Below, in pieces: positions 1-14,796 of a stretch of DNA of 64,000 nt. Source of the stretch: Chara braunii (lineage: Eukaryota; Plantae; Charophyceae); contig BFEA01000039.1 in assembly GCA_003427395.1 (NCBI GenBank), positions 3,190,844-3,254,843 of the forward strand, in the 5' to 3' direction. Below the pieces are notes generated by a model. It did no database searches. It saw only the letters and a list, made by a program, of their open reading frames with translations, and was not told the DNA's origin. Position numbers and translations under genes: made by a program. Within the stretch, counting starts at the first letter, position 1. Every line of letters begins with the position of its first letter.

Positions 1-269
1 TTGAAACGGATGACAATGGGGAAGACTAGCGATGGAGATGGTGATGGTGATGACGGTAAACGTGATGAATGACATGGTTGGAAGATGACTACGGACAGAT
101 CAATGCGACTGAGTGCAGTGATGGTGACAAAGGTGATGACCATGAAAATGTAATGCAGAAGGGCATTTCGAGCTGTGTAGCGTGCTGTGCATGACATAGC
201 AAAATGAGCAGCACCAAGCATTTGGCGTAGTATAATGACGAATCATCCTGACCGTGGTGATGATAAAGA

Positions 270-675
270 TGACCACTGGTCGGCACCCTGCAAATTTTTA
301 TTTTCATTTGTTTTCTGTGTGTCCATAACCCCCAATAACCCCACCAATATCTTTATACACCTCCCCAGAACTCCCATACACCCCCTGAACACCCCCATAC
401 CGCTGCCCAACACCCTCATAAGCCTCCCATGTGCCCTTGTACCCCCCCCCTATCTGCCCCCTTCCCCCCCACCCCCCCAACCTCCACCGCATTCCCAAAA
501 GTTTCTCAGCGGGATTTGGGCTGTACTCAGCAAGCGCAGTACAGGCCTCAAACTCAGATTTTTTCAAAAATGTCGATGGCCCTATAGTGACTGGTCGTCT
601 GACTGCGTACGGGTCACCCTGACCGTTAGGCAAGAAAACCGTTGGGCATTGGTGGTAGGCGGTCTGACAACCCTG
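270..675 (-). mobile_element. Degenerate relative of the hAT-type element at 28180..29545
   Basis: Shares GGATTTGGGCTGTACTCAGCAAGC..AGTACAG..ACTCAGATT and ACTGGTCGGCACC segments; ends in a CAGGGTTG-like terminus on the - strand. Confidence 0.55.
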
Positions 676-1074
676 TCACTGAGCGTTGATTCAGTGTTTG
701 TGATGGTGAATTGATATGAACGAAGTCTTTCTGCAGGACATGTTGGGAGAGCTGCATTGAACATTTCACTGTGTCACTGTGAATCATTATGAATGAATCT
801 GTCATGAGGGTGAAAACAATATATGCAATGATGACATAGGTGGTGACGAGGACGATAATAATCATGACGGAACAAAGCTGAATCTCCTTGAGGATAGAAC
901 GAAATAGTCTTAACGATTGGTCCACGCTGTCAACACTGTAAATCGTCTCCACTTAATGCATGCAGGTGGTAGCTAAATCATCAACAACATGCATAAATTC
1001 ATCATTTTGAGGCAACGAAGTGGTGATGGTTGTGTTTGCCCTGTTGACATAATTTGTACCATGGATTGTGGCAG

Positions 1075-3501
1075 GGCAACGAGGTGCCGTCCGCAGTGGT
1101 GTTGGAACCTGAAGTCTATGCCTCAGAGTCGGAAGGGAGTGTTGAGGAAGAGAAACCTGAAGTGCAACTGTCATCTTCATCAACAGAGACAGGATTGCGA
1201 GACGAGGCACCGTCATTGCATGGACAGGATATTGCACTTCTGGACAGTAAACCAACTGCACAACTGGAATTCCTCTCTGTGCGAGGTCCTCAATCCCGTG
1301 TGGATGTCAAGGAAGGGGAGTCATTTCTTCCTGAACCAGGGTCTCGACCGATTGATGAAAGTGCATTTTGTGCGGACAAACCTGTTGGAGGTATTCACTC
1401 AGGAGAGCCAGAACCTGCTTCAACAATCTTTGATGCATCCGATGATGGAGAGAGCTGGTCTGTAGATTGTACACCTGCAGATCAGGTGCTAACGAGTACT
1501 ATGGAATCAAGTGAGGGTGTTCAGGAACAGGTCAGATCTCGATCGGCAGATCTTTTCTTGATACCAGAAAGTGGAAGGGCGGCAGAAACTACATTGGAGC
1601 ATGTGGAAGCTGCTGACAATATGGCTCCAATTGCATCTGCAGAAACGTGTTTGTTGGCGGCATCCGCTCCTCTGTTAGTCCGTGCTGAGGCATCTACTGA
1701 GCCACTTACAAATACAGCACCAGCTGTGGAGAGTGCGTTTGTGGAGGAGGTATCTGATCCAGGCCTTGAAATGCTTGTCTCACCAGATCTGATGGCGGCT
1801 GTGTCACAAGCAGAAGCTGCTGCGGGAGATATGGGCCATCCCATGGAGGAGCATGACAATATCTATGAAGGTGTTGGGGGTGATGCATTTTGGAGAGGCA
1901 CCGTGCCCACAGAGCTGAATTTGAGTGGTGAACCTGTCGCCCAGGTGATTGTGGGCTTGCCGGAAGCAGATATTGTCTCTGACGCAGATATGGTTTGTCC
2001 TGCGGAGGGTGCACCTTTTGTTGCTGTCGAGTCCTCAACTGGTGGTGTCCAGGCTGCCACTATGAAGGACCACATACTGGAGGAGCGGGCAATTGCAGAT
2101 GGTCTCGAAGTGGACATCTCTATGGAGCAGGTTGAAGCAGTTGTGGCCATCTATGAAAGGGAGGTGACCTCGATGAAGCACGAAGAGCGGAATGATGCTA
2201 TTGACGCAGCAGTTTCTGATGTGGGGAAATCCCTCCCGACCGACTCTGTTGCTGTTCGAGATGCATTTGCTAAACATGGGGAAGACCAGCGACCAGCTGC
2301 TGATTCTGACGTTTTGGCCAAGCCCGTTGGGCATGAACGTTTTCCATCAGAGCCCTCGATCCAGCCAGAAGTTTTGAGACATGGACTTGTGTACGAGAGC
2401 GAGGCCAAACTGGAACCTGGATTCCAAGAAGCGAAGTTGAGTGGAGGTTTGGAGGCCAAGGCAGAAGCCCCACAGGTGGAGGAATTGGAGGGCAAGATTT
2501 TGACTGAAAGTGGTGCAATTGCAGGGGACTCGGTATCTGCGGCGCCATTTGCAGTGAGGTACACGGATGCTGCTTTGGATGCAGACGCCATTGCAAATAT
2601 TGCTGCAGGATTTGAACAAACCAAGACGAGAGTTATGGAGTTAGATTTAGCCACTGCTGCGGAGCTGACCATGGAAGACACCAATGAAGCGTCCTTAGAG
2701 CCACCACAAAAGCTCTTAGATATGACCCCATTCGTCAAGTTGGATATGATTGTATCAGTAGAAGAGCCAGGTGCCAAAGCTCATGATACTGATGATATGG
2801 AGGCACAGCCTGTCACACTGGATGGATTGTTCATGGGATCATCACTAGGTGAGAAGCAGGAAGCAGTCCTACAGGAGGTTGTTGAATCCAAATCAGGTGT
2901 TCCGGAGATGGCTGGCATATCCATGGAAACAGATCCGCTTGTGCATTCAGCGACAGTTCTCGGCCAAGTGGAGGTTGCCGATGAGGAGGCTTCATCAACT
3001 GTCCAAGAGCTGTCACAAGAGGAGTGTGTCCTGGCCACTGATGCTCCGACGCCTTTGGCCCCTGCTCCCCTCCATCCGTCTGGGGAGCCAGTGGCTGTTA
3101 TTGCAGAGTCCCTGCATGTGCTAGAAGCTGGGGTTGCACCCTTGGCAGAGGAGGTGTCGCAACATGGGTGGCTTGAAGCGGGAATGGAGGCTGAACCTGC
3201 ATTGTCCGGTCTTGGTCCCATTATGATAGAGAAAGCTGCTCCAGTAATGGAAAGCTCTGTGGAAAGGGAATCCGTTGTTTTGGCTGATGGATCGGTGCAG
3301 CCTGGACAACTCGGCGGGTTATCTGAGGACACAGCTGAGGGAGCTGCTGAGCCGCCAAGGTCAGCTGTTGAGGACACTGCTATCAGTAGAAAGGCACTTG
3401 AGTCATCGTCTGAGCCTTCGCAAGTTGTGTCCTTCGCCGTTGCTTTAGTCGAGGTGGGACCGATTGTTGATGTGCCTCCCACAAGTACATGGATGAGCCA
3501 G
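1075..3501 (+). CDS. Exon 1: 809-codon acidic, low-complexity E/A/S/V/P-rich region
   Basis: Inside ORF 1054..3564; acceptor tggcag|GGC, donor CAG|gtatgt; phase 0/0. Confidence 0.8.
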
Positions 3502-6500
3502 GTATGTGCCACCATTTTTCCTTTCAACCTGGAAACCATGTATGGATATGAGAGCTTGATATAGTGGCATCCGATCAGGTCATTGTAGCCACAGTCGTCG
3601 GCACTCATGCAGAGTGCATTGCATCTCTGATTGTGGTCATACGTATTTTGATGGCTGTTTGAACATGTCATTGCCATCAACTGGATGTGATAGCATGGTA
3701 GTGGTTGTATGTGGGCAACGGTCAACAAGTACTTGACAGAATCAGCATGCGATGGCAAATACTGGAGGTTCTTGAGTGTGCTGTGTTGTCTATATCTGTG
3801 CCTTGGTGACTTGGTGGAAGAACCGCGCGTATAGCATGCAATGGCAAATACTGGAGGTTCTTGAGTGCGCTGCGTTGTCTATATCTGTACCTTGGTGACT
3901 TGGTGGAAGAACCGCGCGTATAATTTCTTTATGTTAATGAACGCGACTGCTTTATATAAACAACTATCCATGAATATAGCAAGGCTCGAAGAGCAGACAC
4001 TTCACGTCTGAATCCCATGCATTGGAGACAAAGGATGCCTTACATCCACTTCACATACGATTTTGAAATTGACATAATGTCATGATAATGATGATTTCTT
4101 TACCTTAATGAACTTGACCACTTTATAGAAACAAGTATCCATGAATATAATAAGGCTCGAAGAGCAGAGACTTCGCGTCTTAATCCCATGCATTGGAGAG
4201 AAGGATGCATTATTTGAAATTGACATAATGAAGACTTCAAAATTAACATATTTCTTGTTCGTCATGATGAATGGTCAGGGTGTTGAGTACGAGCCTGCAT
4301 CGACAATGCAAAGGGGCATGGCCTGGGCTCTACAAGATCCTCAGGACGAAGAAGCCAAGGAAGAAGATGCCAGGGCGGAAACCCTTGTTCAAGCAGATGT
4401 GGATGTGACAGCAGAATGGATGGCAAGCACAGTCCCAGAAACCAGCATGGTGCTTTCATCCAATCCTTTTGCTGAGATGGATGAGAACGAAGGAAGGGAA
4501 GACGAGGAGGAGAGGCAAGTGTATGAGTTGTACGACAAGCCCATATTATTGCCAGAGCCGGGTACCCTTCCAGCAGAGTTGGCTGTGCCCTTGCCAAAGG
4601 TTGCAGACTCCAGAGAATCAGGACAGCCTGCTGAGGATCTGCCGGTGTCTGTTGGTGTCCTTGAAGAGCATTTGATGGTGTTGTCCGAGCCAACAGTCAA
4701 AGTGAGACCTTCCATGGAAACCGCAATGGCACCAAGTATTGTGGTAGGGACGTCTGAGCCTCTGAAAGAACCTGCAGTGAATGTGATTACCGAGGGTTCT
4801 CCTGAGGAGAGCAGAAAGCCTCCCGATCTTTCACTGGGGAGGACTGGACGGGCAGAGGCTACAGAAGAACCTACTGTGGTCTCCATGACTGTGTCTGAGA
4901 AGGAAAGTACCCTTGAGCCCGGCGTGCCTTCGCTAGTAGAGGCTGTCACTATTGGCGCTGCTGAGCCTGCGGTTGAGGTGGAAAGCGCCTCTGGAGCAGA
5001 CGCAAATGTTGAGGAGGATGATCTAACAAGAGTCGTAAAGCCTGCTCCTGCACCTGGAGTGACAGACGAAGCGGAAGTGGCTGTTGCTGCAGCAAGTATG
5101 ATCGAAGAGAAATTGGCAACTCCAAAGCTTATTTCGCAGTTGCAGAAACCATGGCAGTCTGCGGAACAACTTGAACCAGTTGCAGGGGTCGGTGAATATG
5201 GTAGGTACTCTAGCGCAGCATTTGATCCCTTGCCAGCGGATGGGCAGGAGACTGAAATGGTGGCATTGGAGGAGCTGCTTCCTGGAAAAGAATATCTCTA
5301 TGAAGGCAAGATCGAGCCTGGGGACATCAAACAGGGTTTCCTTGGCGACTGCTGGTTCCTTTCTGCTATTGCTGCTCTTGCGGAGTTTCCTGGGTTGGTG
5401 GAGAACGTGTTCCTGCATAGGGAGGTACCCAAAGATGGTGTATACAAGCTTCGTTTCTTCAAAAGTGGGAGGTAGGTGGTAGGTGCCCTATTATCTTTCC
5501 ATGTTTGGAGGGACTGTCTGTTTTCTTTCAACATCCAAGTTACGTTGCTTGCTGGGATGCGCTGTCGGCGCAGCAGCGCTCTTCACTTGTTGTTGCAGAT
5601 TGCGTGTGTTTCCCCTTTTCTTAGTGATCTCCTCCTCAACCAAGTTCCTTGTCTCTTTGTGAGTCTTTGCTGTTATGGATTCTTGACAGGTTTGGTCATC
5701 GAGTTGAGTAGAAGGGACGTTATGAGAGAGTGCTTCTTGTTGTATTGGATCACAAACTCTCTCTTTTTTCAAAGCTTATCCATGGCAGAGTGCTTGCTTT
5801 GTGTCGTATTGAATCCCAAACTCTCTCCTTTTTGAAGCTTATCCTCAGCTTGATTGCTGTTATGCTGTTTTGTAGGTGGGTCTCCGTGGCAGTCAATAGC
5901 AATGTCCCAAGCAAGGAGGGACAACCCATATATGGTGAGTGTAAACATTTTTGTGTGATAGCTGTTGATTTGTATCATTCGTGTTGAATGTTGAACATAC
6001 GAGAGGCCAGGATCTTTAAAAGAAAAAAATGATTAGACAGTTACCTTACCAGGTTTACTATGAATGATAACTTTTTTTTTTCCCTTCATTCTTGACATGG
6101 CCTCGGATCCATTCTATTCTTGGCAGCAGCAGTCCAGTTCCTTGTCCGACAGAAGTCGGAAGTTTACAAAAATATACACCCTTACTCATGGTCGGCTTAT
6201 GGCTGGGAACCTCGGACAACATCGTGTGCCCACAGAAAGAGAGGGGGGGGGGGGGGAGACTGGCTGATGGATACACCCATGTGGATTTGAAGGTCCCCTC
6301 CTGTCTAAGCTTCTCACCTGCCCAAAGAAAAATGCTTGGAGCTGCAGAATGGAGAGCTGCTCCTCTCGGCGTTCTATTGCAGGCTGTTTGGAAATCCTGT
6401 GAGAAACTAAAACACTCTCTGTAATTTTGGATACAATTTGAGAATTCTACAGCTAAATTCCAATTTGTTGAACCCTTCTGAAAAAACTTCAAAAAACTGG

Positions 6501-7945
6501 TTATAGTCAAAATACAAAATTGTTATTTCAAAGTTGTGCTTCACAATTTAAACCTAAAAACCCCTTGTCAAGTGATGTTTCTCCGTTTCGAAGTATTACT
6601 TGCGGGCGTTGATGCTATAATTTTGCTCTGTTCGAGTCTTCAAACAATTCTTACTGTGTCTTGTTGTGTAATCTGGTTGGCTTCCTGTTCTCAGCAAAGT
6701 CGGTTGGAAATGAGATGTGGGTGATGCTGTTGGAAAAAGCGTATGCAAAATTGCACGGGTCCTACAAGCAATTGGTTCTTGGCAATCCAAATGATGCTCT
6801 GCAAGACCTAACTGGCGCACCATGCTTATGGTATAAATTTGACACGGAGAAATTCAAGAAGCTTGAAGAAACAACTGGTACGTCCTGGGGTTCTTCAGTA
6901 ATGCCTCATGGTTTCTGCTCCTTTGAAGTGTGGGTTGGACCTTGTTGCAGTGGTGGCAGGCTGTCCATAGGAACAGGGGAGCTATAGACCTTAATAAAAA
7001 TGTTTTACACGGTTGAAAGCTGAAACATGTTTGGAAGATCTTCCTTCTCCTTGGCGTCTTCCCCCACCCTCCCCAGCCCGTCCTTTTTCCCTCTCCGTGG
7101 CTTTCGTGCAGCTATTTCCTTCTCGCCGCCCTCGCCCTTGCCCCCCCCTCCCACTTCCCGCCACCCACCCATGTTCCACCTGTAGCCTTGGTATCTTGTT
7201 TCAAATGTTCTTAGGCTCAATGCTTGATAAGTGGGGCAAAAACATCATCGATAAATGTTCCAGTGGACCAATGTCGATCAAATGGTTTCATAATATCATA
7301 TCTTGCAGATGTTTCTTGGACTGTGTTCAATGTTTGAAAAAAATCAAATGGTTTCATAATATCATATCTTGCATATGTTTCTTGGATTGTGTTCAATGTT
7401 TGAAAAATATGGTAAAAAAAAAGGATTGCGGAACGATTGTGTAATCACTCCAGGGGAGAGAACACCTAGGATTGCTACTGGCTAGTTAGTGGGTCTAGGC
7501 GGGGGCGGTGAATGGATTTGGGGGACCTTAGAAAATGTATCTTTGAAGATCTGAGTATTAGCTACAGCTTGTATTTATTAGTCATTTCATTTCAGTTGAA
7601 TAACTTGAATTCTTGGACCTTTCTTAACATGGAGCCTTTGTCCGTTTGCGGATACCTTTATCTGTGCAAACTTGCAAAGCTTTGGGGAATAGTTGGCAAT
7701 CCTGTTTTTTCTTTTTTGGGGGGGGGGTTAACCTCTGGTGGGGTTAGGAAGTGGTATTCATGGCCGTGTCAGTCCAAGGGGCGATGGGTATGATGTGGTT
7801 GGGGGGAGGAAAAGGGAGAGGGGGAAACGAGGAACAGATTGCACAGTGGAACGTGGAGATTGAGAGAGTGTGACACAACTATTTTACTTCAGGTGTAGTG
7901 GGAGAAAGGGTGGGAATTCGTTTCTGTTTGAGTGTGTGTGCGTGT

Positions 7946-8013
<68 letters not shown>

Positions 8014-11000
8014 ATCATTGTGTATGTATATGATGAAATTAGGGACCCCAACAGGGCACTTGTGCCAGTATGCGCTGTTGGTGTATTGTATGCAGCAGAA
8101 CACTTTCCTTGTTTTTGACTCTTCTGCTTTAGGAAACTCCATTTCTATCTGATTCTTGGTCACTGTATTTTGGTAGTGGTGACTATGGAGTTCCTGTCGT
8201 CCTTGAATTTTGGCGCATTGGCCTTATGAGTCATGACTCCTTTCTTTGCTATTGAATGCAGGTTTCTGGTCTCTCATGAAAGACTATGATGGACGTGGGT
8301 ATCTTATGGCGGCATGCACTGCTGGCAAAGACGAGTTCACGGAGAAGGGTGGGAAGAGTGGAAGTGGACTGGTCAATGGACATGCGTATACTGTTATCAA
8401 AGTGAGTGTGTTATCATTATGCAGGTGTGCTCATTGATTTGCGGTTTGGACTGTTTGATGTTCTTCCTGAAGTTGTGGTGGTGGTATTTGTCACTACTGT
8501 CAGTGAAAACAAGCCGTTGCTGTGCTGCAAATTCTCACCGATGCTGGCCTGCAAACAGATGAAAGGTCGGGCATATCAGATTGCAGCTATTCTGATCGAC
8601 AAAAGCATTGCACCAAATTCATTTTTGTGAGCACATCTGTTTTTTTTTATTTTGTGGTACTTTACCTGATACACTGGAACGCACCATACATCTTCTGTTG
8701 GAGGAAATGAGAATTAAAAATCACCAAAGTTCGGGGTCTGGAAGTCCTTTGTGTCCCGTTGGACCCCCTTGGGTCCGGTAGGCTGAACCTTTCTGCGGCC
8801 TCGTCATATACGGTGGCAAGTTCTTGTAGAAGGGTGCCGGCAGTGGTGGTTTAATAATATGCCCGTTGCGTGCCTCGTCACAATGTCTGTGAAATCAAGG
8901 TTTGGTGAATTTCAGCTCCGAGAATTTATTTTTTCTGAATGCAACTTTGTCATCTTGTGTGCCATGGATTGTCAAGCTTCACTTCTGTGGATTCAGTGTG
9001 CGAATGTTGAACTGTCTCGTTGTCAGCTTTCTTATCATTCCCATCTTGCAAGTATAAATGGCTTTGTGATTGACTTCCTGAATCGCCGTCCTGGGAACTT
9101 GGTGGGTTGTGGAGCAGGTGAGAGACTCACATGGACATCAGCTTGTGAACGTTCGAAATCCCTGGGGCAAGTTTGAGTGGGGTGGTGCATGGAGTGATAA
9201 CAGCAGAGAGTGGGAGCAGTATCCCGAGGTCAAGGCTGATTTGAATCCAGTGCTAGATGTGTCCGATGGCAGCTTCTGGATGGCATACCATGACTTCAAG
9301 CAGGTAGGCAGCCAGCTGTGGCAGGGTTTGGAAGTATATTTGACATTGCACAGAAGGGTTACCAGGCCTGAATATGTAAAAGAATGGTGTACGTGGCAAC
9401 GTGCTAAGGCAAGCAAAAGTATATTTTGCTGAGTGTTGGGCACAGGGCCGCACACATTGATCATTGGAATGTGTTAAAAAAGGATGGTGCACACTGATCG
9501 TTGGATTGTGTTTCAAAAAGGATGGTGGACATTGATGATTGAGTTGTGTTTCAAAAAGGGCGGTGCGCATTGATCGTTGGATTGTTTTTCAAAAAGGATG
9601 GCGCACATTGGTTATTGTTTTGGGCCTATGACATCCCTGGGGAAAATTTGAGCGGGGTGGTGCGCGGAGTGGTAAGAGCAGAGTGGAAAAAGTGTCCCGA
9701 GGTCAAGGCTGATTTGAATCCAGTGCTAGATTCTTGGATGGTTGCTTCTTGATGCCAGGAAATGACTTACAAAGTTCGAACTGGTGGCACCCAGATATGG
9801 TCGGGTTTGGAAGTATATTTCACATGCCACAGAAGGTCTACCAGCCATGAATATGTGAAATCAGCCATGAATATATCAAACCAACCATTGACAACGGTGG
9901 TGGATTGCTGGCTATCATTCTTATATGTAAGTAACAAGTATTGTATTCTCTATAACAATTAGATGAATAGAGCGGGAAAGTAGTTGAGCAGCATCCAGAG
10001 CATCAATTTAGCTCAATGGTTCATGCTTTGAGAGCATCAATTTAACACAGTGGGCGTGGCCATTATATAGCAGTTACACACATAGGTATCTTTCCGTTTA
10101 GGCTTGAAGACCACGAAGTTGCGCTAACCCTTATTGTCCATCCTGTTCCGCTCGGAGACTGCAGTACCTACTTCCCCCAAATATAATGTACGGTCATTTA
10201 GGACAAACAAAAAGAGAAGCTACGTCTGCAGTGCATCTGGACTGAAAGGTGAGCCAAATATGGCTACAATGACCGTATGCTCTATTTGGGGGAAGACGGT
10301 AGGCTGCACTACCTTCTCATATGTTCTCTCGAATGAGGTCTGAAAATTCGATTCCTCCCTGCTGTTGTTTGTTTTTTGTGAACTTGCTTCTCATTCATCA
10401 GTCTTTCGTTGGAATGGGAGTTTGCTGTGTGAGGCATGGCAACCGACAGCCATGGAACGAGGTGCACATTCCCTGCCAGTTTGACAACAGGGATATCTGT
10501 CGTACTGGGGACACTGCTCATCTTACAAGAATCTTCAAGCTGGAGGTGACAGAGCGTACACATGCATTTTTAGGGCTACATCAAGAAGACCCACGGCTGT
10601 AAGGAACTTGTCTAATCAAATACCTGAGGTCGCTGCGCTTACGTCCTTTCAGTTTGTCTTTGCTTCCCTTCTATGAAAGTACTGGAGCTCTGGTGAGCAA
10701 AGCTTTAAAGAATCGCAAATTTGTTTGCTTTGTATCTAATCTTTGGCAAATCATGTGCAGTGCAGTTTGAAATTTCCAGAGTATTGAGGGCCTTGCGGCA
10801 GAACTCATGAGGCGTGAAAATGGAGAGTGAATCTCTTATATAGAAAATGGCAATGTTCATAGTGGTGTATGTATCTTGCCGTCCGGCGAGTAGTGTGGTG
10901 AGGTCCTAAAGTAAATAGACTGTTGAAGATGTTTTTAGCAATGGCCCAGAGTTCATAATCTGGTATATGTACTCCTATGCCTCAACTGAGCACGAGCACT

Positions 11001-14000
11001 GTACCAAGTATGGCCGTGGTTTTGGACAACTAGAGTTCGTAGTGGTGGGCAGCACAGTGAGGCCCTAAAGTAAGTCTCCCCATCTGGCAGGTAGTATGGT
11101 GAGGTCCTAAACTTAATCGATGGTTCAAGATGGCATTATGCATAACAAGATCAGGGCGTGCTACAGATTTCAGACGGACGTTTGACCTCTTGTGGAACCA
11201 GTTCAAGCATACGCCTTCCCAACAGCTGTCAAGTATGTTGTGGTTACAGTCTATGTTGGCTACTGCATCAGCATTCTACTGCATCAGGAAACGATAGTCG
11301 GGCGCGAAAAAAAGACTTGTGGAAAAATGATGTTTGAACACTCACCGCCAAACTGGAAACAAAAGTCGCCCACCGGGGCCTGCGTGGCTGCTCCCCACAC
11401 GGGCCGTGGGCCCATTTCATACTTTCCCAACACTGTGAACGGGGGCTCACGCAGGACTCTCATGCGAGACCCTCTATTTCCTTCAGAGTATTAGAGATGG
11501 ACTCTGATGGAGTATGTATCTTGTCATCTGGCAAGTAGTATGATGAGCTCCTAAAGCCAATGGACTGTAGAAGTTGTGTACAGGAATGCCCCAGAGTGCA
11601 AAATCTGGTATATGGGCTTCAATGCCTCAACTGACCATAAACATGCTACCAAGTGGATCTCGCTGGCGGACAACTATACGGAAGAATGGTTACTACTGGT
11701 CTGCTGGACCGTATCAGATTATTGTGCTGATTCCCGGTGATTGCTGTGCTTAGTGTGTTATGTTTTTCATTTGTGTGATGTGCTGGTTGCTTTGTTTAGT
11801 GTGTTCTGCTTTTTATGTCTGCTGTGCCCTATATGATGAATCTGCTGTTTGCTGCTGTCAATGTGATTTATCTGACAGCTGCTGTATCTTAGTGGTGGTT
11901 GCTGTATTGTATCTGAGGAACGTGCTTGTTTGTCTGTGCGTCTGTCAGCCTGGGTGCTCCAACACCATTGAAGATCGGTTTTTATCTCGTCAATGAGAAG
12001 AAGGTACTTACCGCAAAGAAGCACACACGCAGCGCCAGATGCCAGCTTGAGGTCATGTTGGAACCAGGTTTCTATAGTGTGGTGGTGAAGGGGTTGTCCT
12101 TTACTGGTAAAAATGGGGAGGAGTGCAGTTTTCCGGACAGCACAGGAGAAGTTTTGCCTCGAAGGTTTGTGTTTACGGTACATTCAGATAATCCAGTAAC
12201 TGCCGAGCTGGAGGGCGAGGTTATCATGGATTCTCCCGGCAAGGAGTTGATTGAAAAAATTACAGAGCTTCCAACTGAGCCAGCGGAAGATGACCTCCTC
12301 AAAGTCTGGCATCTGGACCAGGTGGTTGCTCCAGCTGGCGAGCCTGATTTCCTACCATGCTCATCAAAGAGAGCTGCAGAGTTGCTGCCTGAGCCACAGG
12401 TCCACCCTGTGGGCATGTCTGAAAACTGGGATGTATGGAGGGACATAGATGGAACCATTGAGCCTGGCACTGTGCCATTATCTTTAACTTCTGTGGTATC
12501 TGAAGCCAGTGCATTGGCAGAGATCCTGAAGGAACCGGTTGCTGATGTCCCTATCGTTCCTACAGCTCCAGTGCTTCCGCTGGTTGCAGAGGTGGTTGTC
12601 CTGGTATCGGAGGGCACAAAAGAGCAGCATACAGCACCACATTCTGAAATATCAGCTTTCGGTGAAGAAACTAAGGAGCCGCTTGTACAGCTGTTTTGGC
12701 CACACGATAAGGAAGCTGTCATTGAGCCATCACCATGGCCGGTCACTTCCCCTCTGGCAGAACGGGGGGGGGAGCCTGCTCTGGATCTTTCAGTAGCAGC
12801 TTATACAGAAGGTGAACCACCTGCGATCATTGGTGGGAAGATCATGACTGTTCTAACGGGTGAAGGCGAGCCCACAGAAGATGGCATGGATGCCACAGAG
12901 AAGTCAGAGGCTCAAAACCGAGCACAGAGAGCAGAGGCTGAAGAAGCTGGGTTTGTAGCAGCAATGGGTCTGGATGAAGAGCAGCGTGGTAGACTCTATA
13001 GGAGCGCTCCCTGGTTTGCAGCAGAAGCACTGTTCCCGTCCAAGGAGGTGATAGAGTATGGATCCCTAGCGGACCCTTCATATGAGCCCTTGTTGCTACC
13101 TCAACACCAAGTGGAGATGGTGCCAGCTTCCAGGATTGCAGGTGCCAATTTACAGTACTTGTATTCTGACATCAAACCATCAGATATTAGGCAGGGGATC
13201 CTGGAAGACTCCTGGTTCCTGTCTGCAGTTGGTATTCTCGCAGAGTTCCCTGGCTTGATAGAAAGAGTGTTTGTCCAACGGGAAGTGCCTTCCAATGGGA
13301 TATTCCGGCTGCGCTTCTTCAAGAGTGGGAGGTAATGAACCCTTGAACTTGACAACCTTGCTTTGTACCAATCATACCTGTTCTACTTGAGCTCGTTGCG
13401 CTGGATTTAGGTTTGGAGCGGGCTGATGGAGACCCGTTTTTGTGAAGTGCAGAATTTATAGGGAAGAGGTTACTGTGAGATCTGACCGATGTTCTCTTTC
13501 TCTCAGGGGTTTTGTGTCATCTCTTTCGCTCTTAGATTTGATGTGATTGCTCATTTCTGCACATTCCTCTGTATTTACGTTGATTACTGACGCGACCTAT
13601 TTGAGGTGTGATTTCTGAACCGGAGGGGTGCAGATTCTCCAAGGGTTCAACTTTCTGAGTGCCTCACTGTAATTTTTACTGAGTAGTTCTTATTTTTGCC
13701 ATGCAGATACGTTACCGTTGCAGTGAGCAGCAAGCTACCGGCCAAGGATGGGCGTCTGGTCTATGGTGCGTTTTCCTGTGCATCCCAAAGCGATATTATT
13801 GTGAACTAGGCAGCTCCCCTGCAATCACCAATGACAGCCTCTGTTGTAAATCTTAAACATATGTCACAACCCTCGTTGCTGTGGACATGTCTGTTCGGAT
13901 GAAAGAAGCCATCTTCCCTCGAATATCAGACTTCCTGTTCATCAATGCATGCAAGCTCCTTTGCAGTGGGTACAGTCATGATGGTAGCCCGATCGGATGC

Positions 14001-14736
14001 TCTGATAACTTGGTGTTTCCTGTGCTCTGCTTGAATCGCTGCAACAACAGTCATACATGTGTGTGTAATGTCCCACCGATCTGTCAGTGGTAGGGCCTCA
14101 TGCCACTACTCACCAAAACGTGAAATGGTGAGTGTGCCATGCACAAGAACATAGCTAGATATATGTGCCATTTTGTCATTTGGCGACTGGTCCATCAGAT
14201 CAGGTTGTGGTTGAAGAAAAAATATATTTTCTTTTTTTCTAGGCTGGGCCACCGCCCGGACGGTTGGGCCCGGGGGGGTCCGCCCGGCGAAACCGGGCGA
14301 TGCAAAAACCCAGCAAGAAATTTTTTTATTAGTTTTGGAAGGTGGGGTTGTGCTGCGCTACCCTAGAGGACCCTGAATCTGCAATAAAAAAGGTGAGCGC
14401 GTCTGGAGAGCGGGGGGGAAAGAGTCGGGGAGCAAGGAGCACAAGGGGCATGACGGAGGCACGTGGGGGCGACCAGCGATTGGGCGCGATCCTGACGATT
14501 CGGGAGGGAGGGGAATGGGGCTTGAGACGGGTGTGAAGAAGAAGCGAAGAAGAAGAAGAAGAAGAAGAAGAAGAAGAAGAACAAGTGAAGAAGAAGAGGA
14601 AGAAAAAGCGACAACGAAGAAGAAGAAGGAGAAGAAGAAGAAGAAGAAGAAGTGATGATGAAGAAGATGAAGAAGAGAAGTGAAGAAGAAGAGGAGGAGA
14701 AGGGACGACAAAGAAGAAGTGATGATGAAAAAGAAG

Positions 14737-14796
<60 letters not shown>

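Noticed and set aside
1521-3758. Long minus-strand ORFs over the large exons (also 12072..12746, 23062..23637, 36441..36947)
   Set aside because: These are antisense shadows of biased coding sequence with no recognisable motifs.
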